NCBI RefSeq assembly: GCF_006345805.1
Contig: NC_043015.1
Span: 28,148,001 to 28,212,000 of the forward strand
Reading direction: 5' to 3'
DNA length: 64,000 nucleotides
Origin: Octopus sinensis
Lineage: Eukaryota
The notes beneath the pieces are model-generated. The model ran no database searches, was not told where the DNA came from, and worked only from the letters and a program-made list of their open reading frames with translations. Shown here one piece after another: positions 37,259 through 49,081 of this stretch; the stretch's first letter is position 1; each line of letters starts with the position of its first letter. Made by a program: the position numbers and the translations under genes.

Positions 37259-38902
37259 CTAGCAGTATCGCCCAGCGTTGCTCGGGTTTGTTTCGACCCG
37301 CTGGAATTGTAATTTTGAAAAGTAAAAATTTTGTGAACATTTTTCTGGTCGAAATACACCAAAAAGTGGCGACACAGCAGTGAAAAAATCGTAAAAAATA
37401 GGGATTTTCATAGAAAAAGCATCTTTTTGATGTAAAATTTTTGGTGTTAACATGGTCCGATTTGAATTTTGTTCTACGGAAGGAAGAGCAACCCTTCTTC
37501 TACCATACTCTCAATTTTGGTCAACTTGCGCCGCAGGGTCTCGGAGGAGATAGTGTTAGTTGAAGGTTACCATTCTAGGTGCCTGAGTAACAACCTCGCG
37601 GATTTACAGATAATGAATTAATTACTATTTTACAGAATAAAATTAAATAATTCTTGAAAATTAATTAATATTAATATTTTTTGAACAAAGTAAATAATTT
37701 TTAAAACTTAAATAATATTTTTTTACACAAACGCGAACGGGGAAAAGGGGGTGGCGAATTCGATTTACATACCTAAATTTTTTCTTTTTCATGACATTGT
37801 AGCAAAATAGTAGTGAATTATATAAATACCAGCAGTACATTTTTTTTTCTGGGGTATTTTTTTTCAACCTCGTCACAATTTGCCCCTTTCAATTTAAACA
37901 AAGTCTTAATTAAGCAATTACGGCAGCTTAGCAATGGTTCAATACAGGCGTGACATGTGTATCTCAATTGTTCAAAACCCTTCGAATTTTTTCGCACGTG
38001 ATGATATCATAGTGAAAACTTTCAATTACGCGTGCTTAGAAGTACGCTCGCAAATTAATACTACCAAAATTTTGAAGTTCGCGCTCCGCTTGTGTGTGTG
38101 TGTGTGCGTGCTTTAGGTGTACGTAGGTATGTGTTTTTGTGTGTGTGTGTCACTGAAGCCATACATACATATATACATACATAACCTCTCTCTCTCTTTT
38201 CTCTCTCAGTCACTCACTACAAAAAGTGAATAAAAAAAGTTCAGTTATTTCTGTCTTTCACTCTGTCTGTCTCTTTACACACACTAACAAAAGCACTTCA
38301 CTTACACACCACACTTTCTGTGTCGCACACCCATCAAACACACACACACACTCACGCACGCACACATGTACGTCAATGCTTTCGGAGTGAAATGTTAAAA
38401 TATTGAGTTTTCTCGAATTTTGTCTTAATTGGGTGTGAAATTGAAAGAAATATATTATGGCATGACCGAATGGAGTACTTTGAAAAATCTTAGGTAAACT
38501 CTAATTGAAGAAATTGTGTGAGGAGTAAATCGTTATGTATTTATTTGTTTCTGTTTGCTGTGTTTTTTTATTTTTTGAGTTGTGGTTTAAATACTTTCAG
38601 TTTAGTTTTCCTCAAATCACTCTGTCGTTATTTACTTTCATTTTATTCGTTGCACACTGTGTGTGTGCGTGTGCATGTGGTGTAAACCATATTAAGAAAA
38701 GCATTTGACATACACACCAGAATGTAAGTTTTCTGTAAATTTTGCTTAATTGGAGTTTAAATTTTAAAAACTGGACCTGGCATGACCCGATGCATTCTAC
38801 TCTTAAAAATGCTAGGTAAATTGTAATTGAAGAAATCCTATATTGTAGATTTCTATAAGTTACAAAGGGAGGCAGATAAAATCTGCCTTTTATAATAAGA
38901 GA
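37259..38902 (-). mobile_element. Non-autonomous Helitron (1644 bp) inserted in the (TA)n of a SINE-A copy
   Basis: Minus strand starts A|TCTCTTATTATAAAAGG and ends CCCGAGCAACGCTGGGCGATACTGCTAG|T; the two halves of one SINE-A lie at about 37030-37258 and 38903-39075. Confidence 0.8.
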
Positions 38903-39089
38903 TATATATATATACATATATACGACGGGCTTCTTTCAGTTTCCGTCAACCAAATCCAGTCACAAGGCTTTGGTCGGCCCGAGACTATAGTAGAAGACAC
39001 TTGCCCAAGACGCCATGCAGTGGGACTGAACCCGGAACCATGTGGTTGGTAAACAAGTTACTCACCACACAGACTCTCCCAGAGAATTA

Positions 39090-39348
39090 CACTTTGATAC
39101 CAAACCATCTGATCCCCACCACCACGACCACCACCACGACCACCACCACGACCACCACCTCTGGTTCTGTGATGCAAGCTTCTTGTTTAAAAGTGATTTA
39201 AATTAAAAGTTTTCCCATCAAAACTTTGTGGTTATGTGTGTGGTTCCAAACACCAGCTTAATAAGTTATTTTACTAAATTCTTGATTACTTTCAAAATTA
39301 ATTAAAACAAAGCCAGTATATTTCAGCAGAAATATGATAACGAAAGGG
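39090..39348. mobile_element. piggyBac-type MITE, family 1 (opposite orientation, with an (ACC)n insertion)
   Basis: Homologous to the reverse complement of 11410-11632; ends AAAGGG|TTAA. Confidence 0.7.
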
Positions 39349-39639
39349 TTAAAAAAGTAAAAAGTTTGTGTCATAGAACTTGAGTCAGTGGTGGTGGTGG
39401 TGATGGTGGTGGTGGAGGTGGTGGTGACGGTGGTGATGGTGTTGGTGGTGGTGGTGGTGGTATGATGATAATAAGGGATGCTGCTGCTGTTGCTAATGGT
39501 GATATTGATTGTTTTTGTTGTTTTCTTTTTGTGTATTTTCTTTTTTTGCTATCATTACTCTTGTTGTTGTTGTTTACAATGAAGACACCTCCAAATTCAT
39601 TGACTGCTAACACCAATCCAAAACAAAGACTGACTATCC

Positions 39640-39671
<32 letters not shown>

Positions 39672-39699
39672 GCTGCACAGATGTAGTGAGGCATATCAC

Positions 39700-39732
39700 T
39701 ATACATATATAGAGAGAGATATATATGTATGT

Positions 39733-39807
<75 letters not shown>

Positions 39808-39810
39808 ATG

Positions 39811-39844
<34 letters not shown>

Positions 39845-39956
39845 TATATATAAATATATGTATATATATATATATACTATATATATATATACACATATAT
39901 ATATATGTATATATATATACATATATATATATATATGTATATATATGTATGTATAT

Positions 39957-40011
<55 letters not shown>

Positions 40012-40013
40012 GG

Positions 40014-40047
<34 letters not shown>

Positions 40048-40048
40048 A

Positions 40049-40088
<40 letters not shown>

Positions 40089-40130
40089 TGTGTATATATT
40101 TATATTTATATATATATATGTATATAACAT
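39700..40130. repeat. (TA)n tract
   Basis: Directly visible. Confidence 0.95.
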
Positions 40131-40761
40131 ATAAACACATACAAAATAATATACAAATGGTCGAGTTGCTGTTCCTAGGTAAATCAATATTTGTTGTTAA
40201 CGAGTTTAACATTGCCAATATTAAATTGTAATCAATCAACAACAAAAAGAAAAACATTTCGTTTTTGTTATGCGTTTTTTCGTTCGTTTGTTTGTTTGTT
40301 TCTTTCTTTCTTTCTTTCTCCAACTTAAAACTTTTATCTTATCTAATAAAGTCAAAAATTAAGACAAATATATAAAGTTCTATAAAAAAAAGGTTAATTT
40401 TTTTCTTTGTTTTCTGAGTTTGACTTTTAAAGAATAAATTTAATTTTTAATCAAATAAGATATAGAAAATAGAAAATTAGTCTGTGTATATATTTATATA
40501 TTCATTATCGTGTTTTTTTTTGTTTTGTTTTGTTCTGTTTTTGATTGTTTTTTTTTTCTCTTTGTTTAATTAGATTTGTGTTTAGTTAAAGAGAAATGTT
40601 AACTGCTACGGGATGAATTGATTGGAACATTGGCAAAGTTCTGAGCCAGGGGGTGGGATATTGTTAAAATGATGGGTGAGATGTCAATAGACTGTTGGAG
40701 GTGCTGCTTCTAGAGCGTCAGAAGTGCTGATAGAGTACTGGAGTATATCCAGGGTATTGCT

Positions 40762-40994
40762 TGTGGAGGCACATGGCCTAGTGGTTAGAGCAGTGGACTT
40801 GCAGTCGAGGGATTGCGAGTTCGAATCTCAGGCCGAGCGATGTGTGTGTTTATGAGCGAAACACCCAAGGTCCATGCGGCTCTGGCAGAAGGTAATGGCG
40901 AAACGTCCAGGTAGGGAACCTATACGCCAAGGAAACCGGGAAACTGGCCCTAATGAGCCAGGCATGGCTCGAGAAGGAACAAACAAACAACAAA
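40762..40994 (+). mobile_element. SINE-D2 (internally deleted) with (AAC)n tail
   Basis: Same head; 11-bp TSD AGGGTATTGCT at 40751-40761 and 40995-41005. Confidence 0.85.
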
Positions 40995-41023
40995 AGGGTA
41001 TTGCTAGAATGCTGGAGTATATT

Positions 41024-41256
41024 TATTTCTTTACTACCCACAAGGGGCTAAGCATAGAGGGGACAAACAAGGACAGACAAAGAGATTAAGTCGATTACAT
41101 CGACCCCAGTGCGTAACTGGTACTTAATTTAGCGACCCAGAAAGGATGAAAGGCAAAGTCAACCTCGGCGGAATTTGAACTCAGAATGTAATGGCAGACG
41201 AAATACCGCTAAGCATTTCGCCCGGCATGCTAACTATTCTGCCAGCTCGCTGCACT
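41024..41256 (-). mobile_element. SINE-B full copy
   Basis: Consensus match; ATGCTGGAGT(A/G)TATT target-site duplication. Confidence 0.88.
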
Positions 41257-41624
41257 ATGCTGGAGTGTATTGGGTGGGTGATGTGGAGTATATTAAAAGT
41301 ATTGATAGAAAACGAGTATATTGCATGAGTATTGCTACAATCATCATCATCATCATTTAATGTCTGTTTTCCATGCTGGCATTGGGTTGTACAGTATGAC
41401 AGGAGACAGCCAACTGAAGATCTGCGCAGGCTCCCTGTCTGTTTTGGCTGGTTTCTATGGCTGGATGCTCTTCCTAATGCCAACCACTTTACAGAGTGTA
41501 CTGGGTGCATTTACACAGCACTGGCACAGGTGTGTTTACATGGCACCAGTACAGGTGCTTTGTACATGGCACTAGCACCCATGAACCTCATTTAAACAAA
41601 ACTCCAGAAGAAAACCAAAACTTT

Positions 41625-42085
41625 CAGATAGGGACCGCCGGACTCTTACGCAAATTGTTACAAAGGATCACAAAAGTACAGCTCCCAAAATAACTGCAGA
41701 GCTTAATGACCACCTTGAGAACCCTGTTTCCACAAAAACTGTTCCCTGGGAGCCGCACAAAGCTGCATTTCATGGGATGGCTGCAATCAGAAAACCACTA
41801 CTTTCAAAAACAAACGTTGCAAAACATTTAGAGGGGAGTAAAAACCAACAGAATTCGTCCCTAGATAAGTGGAAGAATGTTATTTTCTCGAACGAGTCAT
41901 CCTTTACCTTATTTCCAACCACCAGCCAAGAATACGTGGGGAGACAGCCAAAAGAAGCATTTGACCTAGACTGCCTTCTCCCAACTGTTAAACATAGAGG
42001 AGGATCTGTGATGATCTAGGAGGGTTTATCTTGGAAATTCACTGACCCAATGGTTTCCCTTCATGGCAGAATTAATAGTCAAGAT
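41625..42085 (+). mobile_element. Tc1-like transposase middle fragment
   Basis: RDRRTLTQIVTKDHKSTAPKITAELNDHL..., KWKNVIFSNESSFTLF, LLPTVKHRGGSVMI. Confidence 0.85.
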
Positions 42086-42668
42086 GATGATGATGATGAT
42101 GGTGAAGAGGATGAGGAGGAGGAGGAGGAGAAGATGATGAGAAGCAGAGGGAGATGATGAGGAGGAGGCTGGCTACCTGCTGCAACTTCTTTTCTGCATC
42201 GTTACCCATAATAATTCTGAAAATTAAATTTCTAATGCCCAAGGTTTCACCAACTCCTAATCAATGTTGTGAGATCTTGTTTGAACCAGAGATTTTATTC
42301 TCCATTGGAATAAATACCAAAACTCTGGTAAAAATTCTGCAATCAAAGAGGTTGCACTTCACCTTGATTTGTTGTTATTGCTAGTTTACTTTAAGGTGGC
42401 AAGCTGGCAGAATTGTCAGTACACCAGGTAAAATGCTTAGTGGCACTCCATCCATTTTTATATCCTGAGTTCAAATTCTGCCAAGGTCAACTTTGCCTTT
42501 AATTCTCTCAGGGTTGTTGAAATAAATACTAGTTAAGCGCTGGGGTTAGTGTTATTGACAATACCCCTCTCCCAAAATTAGAGGCCTTTGAATTTGATGG
42601 AATTTAATATTTACCACATACAATTTTTGTTCTGTGCTGGTACACACGCACATGCTCACATACTCACG

Positions 42669-42709
<41 letters not shown>

Positions 42710-42764
42710 ACACACATACACCTCCCTAACTTAATGGATTTCATTAAGCACATAAAATTTCATT

Positions 42765-42992
42765 GGCACGTAAAAAGCACCAATCCAACCATGGCCGTTT
42801 GCCAGCCTCGCCTGGCACCTGTGCAGGTGGCACATATAAAAGCACCCACTACACTCACGGAGTGGTTGGCGTTAGGAAGGGCATCCAGCCGTAGAAACAC
42901 TGCCAGATCAGACTGGGCCTGATGAAGCCTTCCAGCTTCACAGACCCCAGTTGAACCGTCCAACCCATGCTAGCATGGTAAGTGGACGCTAA

Positions 42993-43030
<38 letters not shown>
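42765..43030 (+). mobile_element. Family C 3' fragment with (GAT)n tail
   Basis: Consensus match. Confidence 0.85.
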
Positions 43031-43034
<4 letters not shown>

Positions 43035-43228
43035 GTTGGGTAGGTATGAAAAGTTGGATTTGGTCAGTTTTATCTTAAAACAGAGAAAATATTTGGGCTG
43101 GGTATGGCCAGATTAAATGCCGAAGGGTCAACAGGCTTTTAGAAACCCAGGCGTTCAACTGTAAATAGGTACTCCCTAAACATTTTTTTAAAATGAAATC
43201 CATTAAGTTAGGGAGGCTGTATGTGTGT

Positions 43229-43293
<65 letters not shown>

Positions 43294-43736
43294 TGTGTGT
43301 ACCAGCACAGAACAAAAAATTGTATGTGGTAAATATTAAATTCCATCAAATTCAAAGGAACTATTTTTGCATATATAGTTCATTAAAGAAAATATATGAA
43401 AATTTGTTGTAAACATAAAAAAATAGAAACCAACAAATTTCTTTATTGCAAAATTTTCAAAACATATGAAAATATTGAAATATTGGAGTTTATCTGCAAT
43501 TATTATTCAGTTTTACTTATATTGGCTTTTATTGTGATCACCTTCATATAAATTATAGTATTCTTTCTTCTGTACATACATTTGAATATGAAATATCATG
43601 ATAGCATAACTTAAAAAGATTTATGGAAGTATAACTGTGACCTATTTAAAATAATGATGGCCACAACTCTTACATAGTAATAGAAAAAAATGTTGACCCT
43701 TATTCGGAAAATACAAAAAGCAAAAACATTATATTC

Positions 43737-44160
43737 ATCATCATCGTTTAACGTCCGTTTTCCGCGCTAGCATGGGTTGGACGGTTCGACCGGGGTCTGG
43801 GGAGCCAGGTGCTGCCCCAGGCTCCAGTCTGATCTGACAGTGTTTCTACAGCTGGATGCCCTTCCTAACGCCAACCACTCCGTGAGTGTAGTGGGTGCTT
43901 TTTACGTGCCACCGGCACAGGTGCCAGACGAGGCTGGCAAACGGCCACGATCGGATGGTGCTTTTTATGTGCCACTGGCATGGGAGCCAGGCGAGGCAGG
44001 CAACGGCCATGAACGGATGGAGGCCAGTCGGGGCAGCGCTGGCAACAGCCACGTTCGGATGGTTCTCTTACGTGCCACCGGCACTGGTATCTCAGCTGCA
44101 ATTTCCATTGTTCGATTTCGATTCTGATTCTCACTTGCCTCAACAGGTCTTCACAAGTAG
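43737..44160 (-). mobile_element. Family C copy (long)
   Basis: Reverse complement of the consensus, including the upstream GAAGACCTGTTGAGGCAAGTG segment. Confidence 0.85.
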
Positions 44161-44299
44161 GCAATAATAGAAAAGCATTGACTCTTATTAGGAAAATATA
44201 AAAGGCAAAAACATTATATTCTTTAATCATTTTACAAGATAATGCTTACTGGAAAATAAGGGAGCCAGCTTCATCATCATCACTATCACTTTATATTTG

Positions 44300-44755
44300 C
44301 CCTCTACCTGGGATGTAGCCAGCCCACTTATGCATTCCTTTCCTTCTTGGGACACAAAACTCCACTTGTGAAGACCTGTTGAGGCAAGTGAAAATCAAAA
44401 TCGTAATCTATCAACATCAATGGAATTTGTAGCTGTGTTACCATTGCCGGTGGCACGTAAGAGAACGTGGCATAGCCTGCGCCACCCTGACTGGCCTCCG
44501 TGCCGGTGGCACATAAAAAGCACCATCCGATCGTGGCCGTTTGCCAGCCTCGTCTGGCACCTGTGCCGGTGGCACGTAAAAAGCACCCACTACACTCATG
44601 GAGTGGTTGGCGTTAGGAAGGGCATCCAGCTGTAGAAACACTGCCAGATCAGACTGGGCCTGGTGCAGCCTTCTGGCTTCCCAGACCCCAGTTGAACCGT
44701 CCAACCCATGCTAGCATGGAAAGTGGATGTTAAACGATGATGATGAGGATGATGA
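44300..44755 (+). mobile_element. Family C copy (long), head-to-head with 43737-44160
   Basis: Consensus match with (GAT)n tail. Confidence 0.85.
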
Positions 44756-44917
44756 TGTGTCAGGTGCAAACTTTATACAGTATACCCAGTGCAAGCTATG
44801 GACACATAAGAGGTGCAGTGGTATCACAGTAAGGTTAACACAGTAAGTAGTCTGTGTGTGTGGCAGATATGCAAGTACAATAAAAATTAGGAATGTACAG
44901 AAAATAGACTTCCTCAG

Positions 44918-45325
44918 GGCACAGGAGGGGCTGTGTGGTAAGTAGCTTGCTTACCAATCACATAGTTCCAGGTTCAGTTCCACTGTGTGACACCTTGAGC
45001 CAGTGTCTTCTACTATAGCCTCGGACCGACCGAAAGCCTTGTGAGTGGATTTGGTAGACAGAAACTGAAAGAAGCCCGTCGTATATATGTGTGTGTGTGC
45101 GTGTGTGTGTGTGTATGTGTTTGTGTGTCTGTGTTTGTCCCCCCAACATCGCTTGACAACCGATGCTGGTGTGTTTACGTCCCTGTCACTTAGCAGTTCA
45201 GCAAGAGAGACTGATAGAATAAGTACTAGGCTTACAAAGAATAAGTCCTGGGGTCGATTTGCTTGACTAAAGGCGGTGCTCCAGCATGGCCACAGTCAAA
45301 TGACTGAAACAAATAAAAAAAATAA
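44918..45325 (+). mobile_element. SINE-A full copy
   Basis: Consensus match. Confidence 0.9.
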
Positions 45326-45344
45326 AAATGTCTAGAGGGGTCCT

Positions 45345-45670
45345 TGGAAGTAGTAGATAGTTTCCGTTACCTAGGTGACCAAGTTAGCAGTGGAAGAGGA
45401 AGCCCTGAAAGAGTAGTTGCAAGAATAAGAACTGGCCGGATAATGTTCAGAGAGATTTTACCTTTGTTGGTAACAAAGGACCTCTCCCTCAGAGTGAAAG
45501 GCAGATTGTATAATGCCTGTACACAAATAGCTATACAAAATGGCAGTGAAACATGGGCTGTGACTGCAGAGGAAATGCAAAGGCTTAAAAGAAATGAAGC
45601 CAGTATTCTCCACTGGATGTGCAATGCAGTGTAAGGGTCTTGAGAGAAAAACTGGGCATAAGTGATATCA
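45345..45670 (+). mobile_element. RTE-clade LINE ORF2 C-terminal fragment
   Basis: LEVVDSFRYLGDQVSSG....VVARIR...FREILPLLVTKDLSLRVKGRLYNAC....NGSETWAVTAEEMQRLKRNEASILHWMCN. Confidence 0.85.
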
Positions 45671-45674
45671 GATG

Positions 45675-45857
45675 CTAGTGCTGCCTGACTGGGCCCCGTG
45701 CCAGTGGCACATAAAAAGCACCCACTACACTCTCGGAGTGGTTGGCGTTAGGAAGAGCATCCAGCTCAGATTGGAGCCTGGTGCAGCCTGCTGGCTTGCC
45801 AGACCCCAGTCGAACCGCCCAACCCATGCCAGGTATGGAAAGTGGATGTTAAACGAT

Positions 45858-45898
<41 letters not shown>

Positions 45899-45981
45899 GT
45901 GATGGTGATGATGGTGGTGGTGGTGGTGATGATGATGGTGATGATGATGATGATGACGACGACGACGACGGTGATGACGAC

Positions 45982-46021
<40 letters not shown>

Positions 46022-46030
46022 GTGATGATG
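45675..46030 (+). mobile_element. Family C 3' fragment directly following the RTE ORF fragment, with an expanded (GAT)n tail
   Basis: Contiguous with 45345-45670. Confidence 0.8.
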
Positions 46031-46079
46031 ACTATTAAAGAATGAAGCAAGATAGCAACATCATTTTTCATCTTTCACA

Positions 46080-46620
46080 AACACAAGGTTTGCCCAGTTT
46101 GCATGGTAAGGAACCAATAAAACTTGTTCATTGTGAAGAAGAAGGAACCTTGACTGAAGCTGCCCATAGGATCTCTTCCTCACGTTAGCAGTTCCATTAC
46201 AGCCCTGGCCACGTCCCCTTGTACAAGGCCAAACCTTCCAGTTCTTCACCAGTTAGTTTCAGACTTAATATCACATTCTTCAAAGAAATGTTTTTTGACT
46301 TCATTGGCAGACACAGCGAATGTAGAAGCCCGTTCAATGAGAGGAAACATCTGTAGTTTTATTCATATGAAATTAATATATAGTTGCCGTCTTGATTTCA
46401 TTTGATATTGATTTTTCTTCCTTAAATAACCAACAACTTGGTTATGTCATTTCGAATGTGATTTGAGAGCCTTGACACTTGTGATTTCTCTTTAGATGAG
46501 GTAAACTGAATGATTTTCGATGGTTCTTGATAATGCTGTCGTATTTAGCAAACATTTTGATTGAATCAAGGATGTTTTCCTTGTTCAAACTTGCTTGATA
46601 TTCTCCAAGTAGAAACAAAA
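46080..46620 (-). mobile_element. Degenerate hAT (Tip100/ZMYM1-like, DUF4371) transposase fragment
   Basis: Frameshifted ILDSIKMFAKYDSII..H, SNHIRNDITKLL, SNEIK, KTTDVSSH, IRCVSANEVKKHFF, ET.GEELEGL resemble the Y.S..IQNE / DETTD.S..EQ / RYV..V.E.F / TGE.L pattern. Confidence 0.55.
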
Positions 46621-46992
46621 CACATTAAGAAAAAAAATATTCAAATAACAAATATCTTCTTAAATATCTTTTTCTAATTCAACAGAAACATCAATCATTT
46701 TTCAGGACTCTGTTACAGTAATAATAATAATAATAATCCTTTTTATGATAGGCACAAGGCCTGGAATTTGGGGAAGTGGGGTTAGTTGATTACACTGACC
46801 TCAGTGCTCAACTGGTATTTATTTCATTGATCCCAAAAGGATGAAAGACAAAGTCAACCTCAGCAGGATTTGAACTCAGAATGTGAAGCTGGACAAAATG
46901 CTGCTAAGCATTTTAGCCTGCATGCTAATGATTCTGCCAGCTCGATGTCTTAATAATAATAAAAGTAATAATAATAATAATAATAATAAATA

Positions 46993-47262
46993 AATTTGTT
47001 TATTGGCCACAAGGGCTGACAAAAATTAATTAAAACATAAAGGGACAAAACACAGGACGAAAGTTACAAAGGGTTTTGTCCGTTTGCAAAAAAAAAACCT
47101 TTAAAAATTCCAGAGATAACAACGAAATTCCCAATAGAGGGAGGCGCTTCGAAAGGTTACTCATGGAAAAACCCATAAAAGCCGCGGGAGCCTGGTCAAA
47201 AGTGGTGGGGCAGGTAGAGAGCCCTTTTCTCCTTTTATATTTCCTTTTAATTCTCACAGGTG
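46993..47262 (-). mobile_element. 3'UTR-only fragment of a related Tx1/L1-type LINE
   Basis: Minus strand ends CAGCCCTTGTGGCCAATAAACAAATT into (TTA)n, similar to the tail at 8670-8698; T-rich UTR with a similar GACC..G..CC.CGG motif. Confidence 0.55.
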
Positions 47263-47282
47263 TATCTTCAGAATTCGGTCCG

Positions 47283-47908
47283 GGATCTTTTCCTTTTGAA
47301 CGGCAGATGTCAACACAATTTCTAGTTAACTAAACACTTTTAAACTTCGTATACTGGTAGAATGTGTTTATAAAACACCATTTTCTCTTGGTTTTATTGA
47401 GAAAATTCTATAGTTTGTAAGATATTTCATCTGAGAATCCGAGCATTTTGGCAATTTTAACCAATCGATTACCTCCATTCAACTAAAATCATTTGCTGCG
47501 TCTAAAACTGAGACAACATCCTGTAACTAACCCTAAACCTAGATTTTCTTTTCTTAATTGTTAAATTAATTTAGTTCCATTGCTTTAGTTTTTTTTACAC
47601 ACGTAACAATTAAATTAATTTAACAATTAAGAAAAAAAATTTAGGGTTAGGGTTAGGGGGGGGGTTTAGGGTTAGTTACAGGATGTTGTCTCAGTTTTAG
47701 ACGCAGCAAATGATTTTAACTCAAAAGAGAGCATAGGATAGGATTGGTTAAAATTCGAAAAATTAAACTACGTTAAACAAACAAATTACAATTTTCTCAA
47801 GAAAGCCAAGAGAAAAAAATGTTTTATTTTGACACATTCTACCAGTATACGAAGTTTTAAAGTGTTTAGTTAACTAGAAATTGTCTGCCGTTCAAAAGGA
47901 AAAGATCC
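47283..47908. mobile_element. Foldback MITE with long TIRs and internal TTAGGG-like repeats
   Basis: GGATCTTTTCCTTTTGAACGGCAGA... TIR at both ends, arms largely palindromic; 8-bp flanks TCGGTCCG / TTGGTCCG (7/8 match). Confidence 0.85.
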
Positions 47909-47940
47909 TTGGTCCGTTCATACTGGCCATTTAATAATAA

Positions 47941-48333
47941 TCTTTATATATAAAAGTCAAGTTGTGTGTCTGTCTCCGATTTAGATTCCTAACTACTCCC
48001 ACATTTTGCGGTGCAATTTAACCAAAACCGTGTATCTTATAGTCGTGATTCATATCGAGCCCTTCTGGGTATTAGCACGCGTCTACGATGAGTCTACGAT
48101 TTTAAAAATAATTTACCATAATTTTTTTCCATTTTAATGCATTTTTTCGCTATTATATAAGGGAAGTAACTCTCTAAAAATGTCTACGATGAGTCAACGA
48201 TTTAAAAAAAAATTTACCATAATTTTATTTCCAATTTTAATGCATTTTTTTGCTATTTTTTGGCTATAACTCTAAAAATGCTTATATAGTTATTTCCCTT
48301 ACAAACCCGAGCAACGCCGAGTGATACTGCTAG
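47941..48333 (+). mobile_element. Non-autonomous Helitron (393 bp) with an internal ~75-bp tandem duplication
   Basis: A|TCTTTATATATAAAAG 5' end; CCCGAGCAACGCCGAGTGATACTGCTAG|T 3' hairpin/CTAG end. Confidence 0.88.
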
Positions 48334-48490
48334 TTTATAATAATAAAACAGTGTTAATTGGAGGTGAACGAAAGATAACGACTCGTAGAAACAGTGAAGG
48401 GTAGCAGTCGATGTGGAAAGTGAAAGCATTGGATGTTATGACAGGTGCCCGATACGAAACTAAAGATCCTTGCTATAAGTACCGAGTGAA
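48334..48490 (+). promoter_or_regulatory. Proximal promoter/5'UTR of the CMSS1-like gene
   Basis: 157 bp of unique sequence between the Helitron 3' end and the ATG. Position-based inference only. Confidence 0.4.
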
Positions 48491-48566
48491 ATGGCGGACG
48501 ATTTAGATGAGGAATGGTGGCTGAACAACCAAGAGGAAACCCAAAATCACTCCGATGACGAAAGAT
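48491..48566 (+). CDS. CMSS1: CMSS1-like protein, coding exon 1 (MADDLDEEWWLNNQEETQNHSDDER + 1 nt; phase-1 intron follows)
   Basis: ATG at 48491 followed by 76 nt open frame and a GTGAGT donor at 48567. The N-terminus MADDLDEEWW matches the recalled vertebrate CMSS1 start MADDLGDEWW. Lies in relatively CpG-rich unique DNA. Confidence 0.8.
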
Positions 48567-48794
48567 GTGAGTGTTATATGTTGTTAGGAGCTTATGGCTC
48601 GATCCCTTAATATACCTGTGTTGTTTCACAAAATTTCTGAGGTGCTTCCGTGTTTTTTTCACCTCTTTTGCTGTTTCCATGTCGTGTTCTGAGAGACGTG
48701 AGCTTTGGTAAAACTATCGTTCTTTATGATATTTCCTAATTTAAATTTAACCAGGTATCTTGAAGTTGAAAATTATACCATTATACCATTGATG

Positions 48795-49081
48795 GGTACT
48801 ACCAGCGAACAGTGGTCCCGGTGCGCGCACTCGCGTACTCGCGCATCCGCGCCAGCTAGTCATGACTAGTCGATCCTTACTTTGTGTTTTTGTGTTATTT
48901 ACTTTGTTTAAATAATTAATTACTTTGTGTTTTTGTTACTTTGTTTAACAAAAATTATTCATTTTGTGTTTTATTTACTTTGCTAGGTTACTCGTTGTAG
49001 GATCGACTAGTCACGACTAGCTAGTGCGGATGCGCGACTGCACGTGTGTGCGCACTGGGACCACTGTTTGCTAATAGTACC
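48795..49081. mobile_element. Mutator/MULE-like MITE in CMSS1 intron 1
   Basis: ~85-bp TIRs starting GGTACTA; perfect 9-bp direct repeat CCATTGATG at 48786-48794 and 49082-49090. Confidence 0.88.

Noticed and set aside
37990-38090. GTGATGA box-C-like motif (also at about 53585) suggesting a C/D snoRNA
   Set aside because: No correctly placed CTGA box D or terminal stem; the first lies inside a Helitron.
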